Shown: in pieces, positions 60,562 to 64,000 of the stretch | Numbering within the stretch: the stretch's first letter is position 1 | Layout: each line of letters starts with the position of its first letter | Source of the DNA: Macrostomum hystrix | Lineage: Eukaryota > Animalia > Platyhelminthes | Assembly: GCA_950097015.1 (NCBI GenBank) | Contig: CATNEN010000029.1 | Coordinates: 7,564,001-7,628,000 of the forward strand | Direction: 5' to 3' | DNA: 64,000 nt | Notes under the pieces: model-generated | The model's database searches: none | What the model saw: the letters and a program-made list of their open reading frames with translations, nothing else | What the model was told of the DNA's origin: nothing | Position numbers and translations under genes: made by a program

Positions 60562-60912
60562 GGGACATGCGTCAAGATGTGTCAAGGTCACAGCACTCAT
60601 TTGTTTAATGTCAATGGTATGTCAAAAGCCACAAGGAAGCAGAGAAAGCACACTTTAAATGAGAATATCTGAAAAAGTACTTGACTAATTTGTGTGTCTG
60701 TCATTGTGTAGCAGGGACATGCGTCATGATGTGTATAAAATTTCATGTCACATGGATCAAGTATACGGTCACACCACTCATTTGTTTAATGTCAATGGTA
60801 TGACAAAAGCCGCAAAGAAGCAGAGAAAGCACACTTTAAATGAGAATATCTGAAAAGGTACTTGACTAATTTGTCTCTGAGGTGTCATTGTGTAGCAGGG
60901 ACATGCGTCAAG
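60562..60912. repeat. Local tandem duplication of ~180-195 bp
   Basis: cactcatttgtttaatgtcaatggtatg..gcagagaaagcacactttaaatgagaatatctgaaa..gtcattgtgtagcagggacatgcgtca occurs twice. Confidence 0.9.
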
Positions 60913-61749
60913 CAGTTGCAGCAGATCTGTTGAAATAATTGAACCATGCCTTTAGGTGAGGCAGAAATATTATCATAAGACGCATCCGAAAAAGCCATCA
61001 GAAGCACACTTTAAAAGTTTCTTCAGTCGCAAATCATTGGCGAAACTATTCGTCCCACTCATTTTTTAAAGCATAGTTTGGCAGTCAGAGTTGGACATAC
61101 ACTCTGGCTCGAGAGTTCGTGTTTGTGCTTTAATTTTTACTTAAAGTGAAAAATGTCTGTCGGGGAACCCATACAAATAGATTCATTCTTGTCAAGCAAG
61201 TTTGCATCATACATACCTCAAATTTTTTTTACCTCTGCACTGCCTATCCTTCCTATCATTAAGAAGATATGGAAACTCAGTGTCAGTGTTTCACTGTTGG
61301 AGTAGCCACTTTTACAGTCATAAGCGGAACACTTGAAAACTACAGTTAAACTTGCAGAACTTTCGCCAAATTTCAAATAAGCTCAGTGAGTGCTTTGAAA
61401 ATCGAAATATGAAGTCTCTACTTCCCAGTTATATAGACTTAAAGTATGTCACAACTTTTAAAGACCCACTGATAAAAGTGTACATATATTTTCTCTTCAT
61501 TTTTATCCCCATCTACAATGAGCAGGGTTTATAGTACAGTCCTGCGTTGCTTCTTTATTTCCATTTTCTTACAAGCACCGAGGGGAAGCAAAGCATGTGC
61601 AGTGTTCTTCTACTTTTATCATATTGAGCATGACTCAAACAATTATTCTTTAAAACATTCTGTTTGAAACAATCGGCCTCCTCTCCTCTTGAAACCAATG
61701 GCCTCCTTCCGTAGAGAAATTCCAACTCTGATATTTTCCTTCCAGTCCA

Positions 61750-62400
61750 GCTTCTCATTCTAAAAGTCCATGGTAGGGGAAGTGAAAAAATATTTTGTGA
61801 ACAGGACCTCGGGAAAAGACCCATTTGTAATTTGTTTTGTCATTGCCCTTGCTGCGCCGCGGAACAGCTGGTCAAGACAACTTAGCAGCATTGTTTGACT
61901 GCCACTTGGAATTTTTATTTTTAAGATTGGGTTTGTACGAGCAGGCCCAGGTCTCATCTAGTACGAGTATCACGATACACTCCAGAAAAGCTTAGCCCTC
62001 TCTTAAAAAAAAACCTCTGAAGAAGCTGCTCGGCTATTACCACCTTGCATGTCGCCAATGCCTTGTGGTCATCCATGAGATGGTGCGGCACCCATAAAGT
62101 CTTGGGTGAGGATGCAATGTGCACTTGCACCCCAACTGCTCAGCCATCTCTTCACAGGTCTAACAGCAATCAATTTTCAAAAGACGCTGAATCAATTCAA
62201 CCTTTGATTCCAAATGCGCCTCTTTGGGTCTCCCAGACCACGGATCATCTTAGATGTTCAACCATATATTCTTGAACCAAATATACCAGTTGTATGTACA
62301 GCTCTTTGACTCTTAGCATATGCCCCATAAGCCTGCTGTAGCTGCTGATGAACTTCAGCTGCTGGCACACCACCAAGACACTCCATCTAGATTTAAGAGC
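61750..62400 (-). mobile_element. Mariner (Tc1/mariner) transposase relic
   Basis: Minus strand: AEVHQQLQQAYG, DDPWSGRPK (62249-62223), WVPHHL (62094-62077) and DETW..YKP (61958-61947) in mariner order, with frameshifts and stops. Confidence 0.8.
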
Positions 62401-62567
62401 ACCGTTGCAAGTTAGATAAAATCTCTGTTTTTCTAAGCCGCTAAATCACTAAGTCACTATATGTCACTAAGTGTGGTCTAGTGGGCAGAATTTTTATAAG
62501 AAATTCATATTGTTAACCTGGCCTTGAATCATTGCAGCCTAATGCCAGGCTAACACGCAAGCATCAA

Positions 62568-64000
62568 ATGTCGCCAGTGCTCAGTGCCTGCATGTACGCT
62601 CTATTCTCATTCTTAATGGTCATTGCCAACAAGCTGTTACTAACTTCCTATCTATTCCCATCGCCTGCCTTCCTATGCCTGACCCAAGTCAGCTCCACCT
62701 GTTTAATACTGTTGATTGCTCGCGCTGTTGGCTTCATTCAATTTGGCGTCTCGCTATCCGATGCAGCTAGCATATTTCCTTTGCCAATTTTCTTCTTTGG
62801 TAATCTAGTGTTTGGACTGTCCGGTACTCAGGTGAGATCAATCATCGATGCTTTGGACGTAATGGTTCTGGATTAGAAATATTTGCTTCTAATAGCTTTT
62901 AGGTCAATTAGCTCATGCTTTCTTAATTCTCTCTTTTTTCAGTCTAAATTTCAGACCCCAAATATAAAACTGAAATGAAACCAAAATAAGGAATCAGTTA
63001 CATAATAATAACAACAGTTAATAACAAAAATACTTTTTTCTTACAAGTGCAGAAAGCATCGTTTATATGCAGGAGGGCTGTAGATGCTGGTACAGCTTGG
63101 TGATTCTGCCCATTCCTCTTATACCTGAGCACACATACGACCACTGATTTGTACACACAGGTGTGCACATCTGCCTTGGCTTCGCTTTAGGGTAGGCCGG
63201 CCCTCAAAGGGCATAAATTTCAAGCCTTCAGCGCCCCAAATGGATTCGAGCTAATTGGACATTAGTGAAAGCGGCAAGCGCGTTAATCGTTCTGCCACAC
63301 ACCCTCGTAACTACTCCATTCTACTCTAGAGTCTGTGTTGGATTCCCATAATAATTCTCCCATAGTCCTATTTCCATGTCTCTATGCCACAGTGTCTCCA
63401 GCTGTTTCCGACCAATTTAGATCGTCAGCCTTCCAATGTTCACCGTGCTGCGGCGCCTGTGCATCCTGGTGACATTCTTAGGCGAGCTGGTATTCCTGCA
63501 GCGTCGCGGCGATACCAGAGGCGTCGGCCTTGCCGTCTTCCTCATGCTGTTAGGCGCTTGCATTGCCGCAGTGAATGATTTGACCTTTGATCTGGTCGGC
63601 TACGCATTTCTAACCTTGAACAACCTCTTCACAGCCGCCTACGGCATTGTGATCAAGCTCAAGACTGGCAATCTGAGCGGCCTGTCCAAGTACGCCATTC
63701 TCTATCACTGCTGCTCGGCCGCCATACTGCCCTGTCTGGCGCTTAATTTCTTCACTGGCGAATTTGGCCGCATTGCCGACTACCGCGGCTGGGGCCTGCC
63801 AACAGTCTGGGCATTGTTCTGCACTAGCAACCTGTTGCAGCTGTTCCTACTGTACAGCACCATCCACTGCACCGCTAGCAATGGCCCGCTAACTACCACA
63901 GTCATTGGCGTGCTGAAGAATGTAGCCGTCACCTATCTTGGCATGTTTATTGGACACGACTATGTGTTCAACCTGCACAACTTCATGGGCCTGAATATTA
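62568..64000 (+). CDS. SLC35D1: SLC35D UDP-sugar transporter (fringe-connection-like), 3'-truncated by the window; exons 62568-62831 and 63421->64000
   Basis: YALFSFLMVIANKLLLTSYLFPS, FPLPIFFFGN, TQ|IVSLPMFTVLRR, NDLTFDLVGY and TTTVIGVLKN; donor cag|gtgaga and acceptor tttag|, phase 0. Confidence 0.92.

Noticed and set aside
1-64000. Hammerhead ribozymes, SL RNA, snRNA, rRNA and telomeric arrays
   Set aside because: Visual scan found no complete CUGAnGA..GAAA core or diagnostic sequences. An Infernal/Rfam search would be needed to exclude them formally.

Overview
Eukaryotic (animal) genomic DNA: GC-rich exons with poly-Ala/Gln tracts, GT-AG introns, and introns or spacers filled with 9-30 bp minisatellites. 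The style fits a free-living flatworm such as Macrostomum, which is an inference and not proven. Genes supported by sequence: an intronless orphan class-A GPCR (+), Six3/6 (2 exons, +), a MATE/SLC47 transporter (3 exons, +), a heparan sulfate 3-O-sulfotransferase (+), a disordered protein with a 10-aa repeat and a PAM2 motif (+), a tight minus-strand trio (ZMYND15/MSS51-like, small coiled-coil gene, CAAP1) and the 5' part of an SLC35D nucleotide-sugar transporter (+). There are about 18 tandem arrays, several copies of a tRNA-headed SINE, a hAT MITE with a perfect TSD, a foldback element and mariner relics. There are no CRISPR arrays, rRNA or true tRNA genes. Best leads: (1) the GW-repeat + PAM2 + NEDFPxL protein as a possible mRNA-silencing adaptor; (2) a MATE lacking 3 of 4 conserved glutamates; (3) a candidate trans-spliced operon; (4) HS3ST 5' exons hidden among mutually complementary satellites; (5) an alternative Six3/6 acceptor that would remove an eh1 motif; (6) two +1 frame breaks, probably assembly indels, one of which could be a 31-nt micro-intron.
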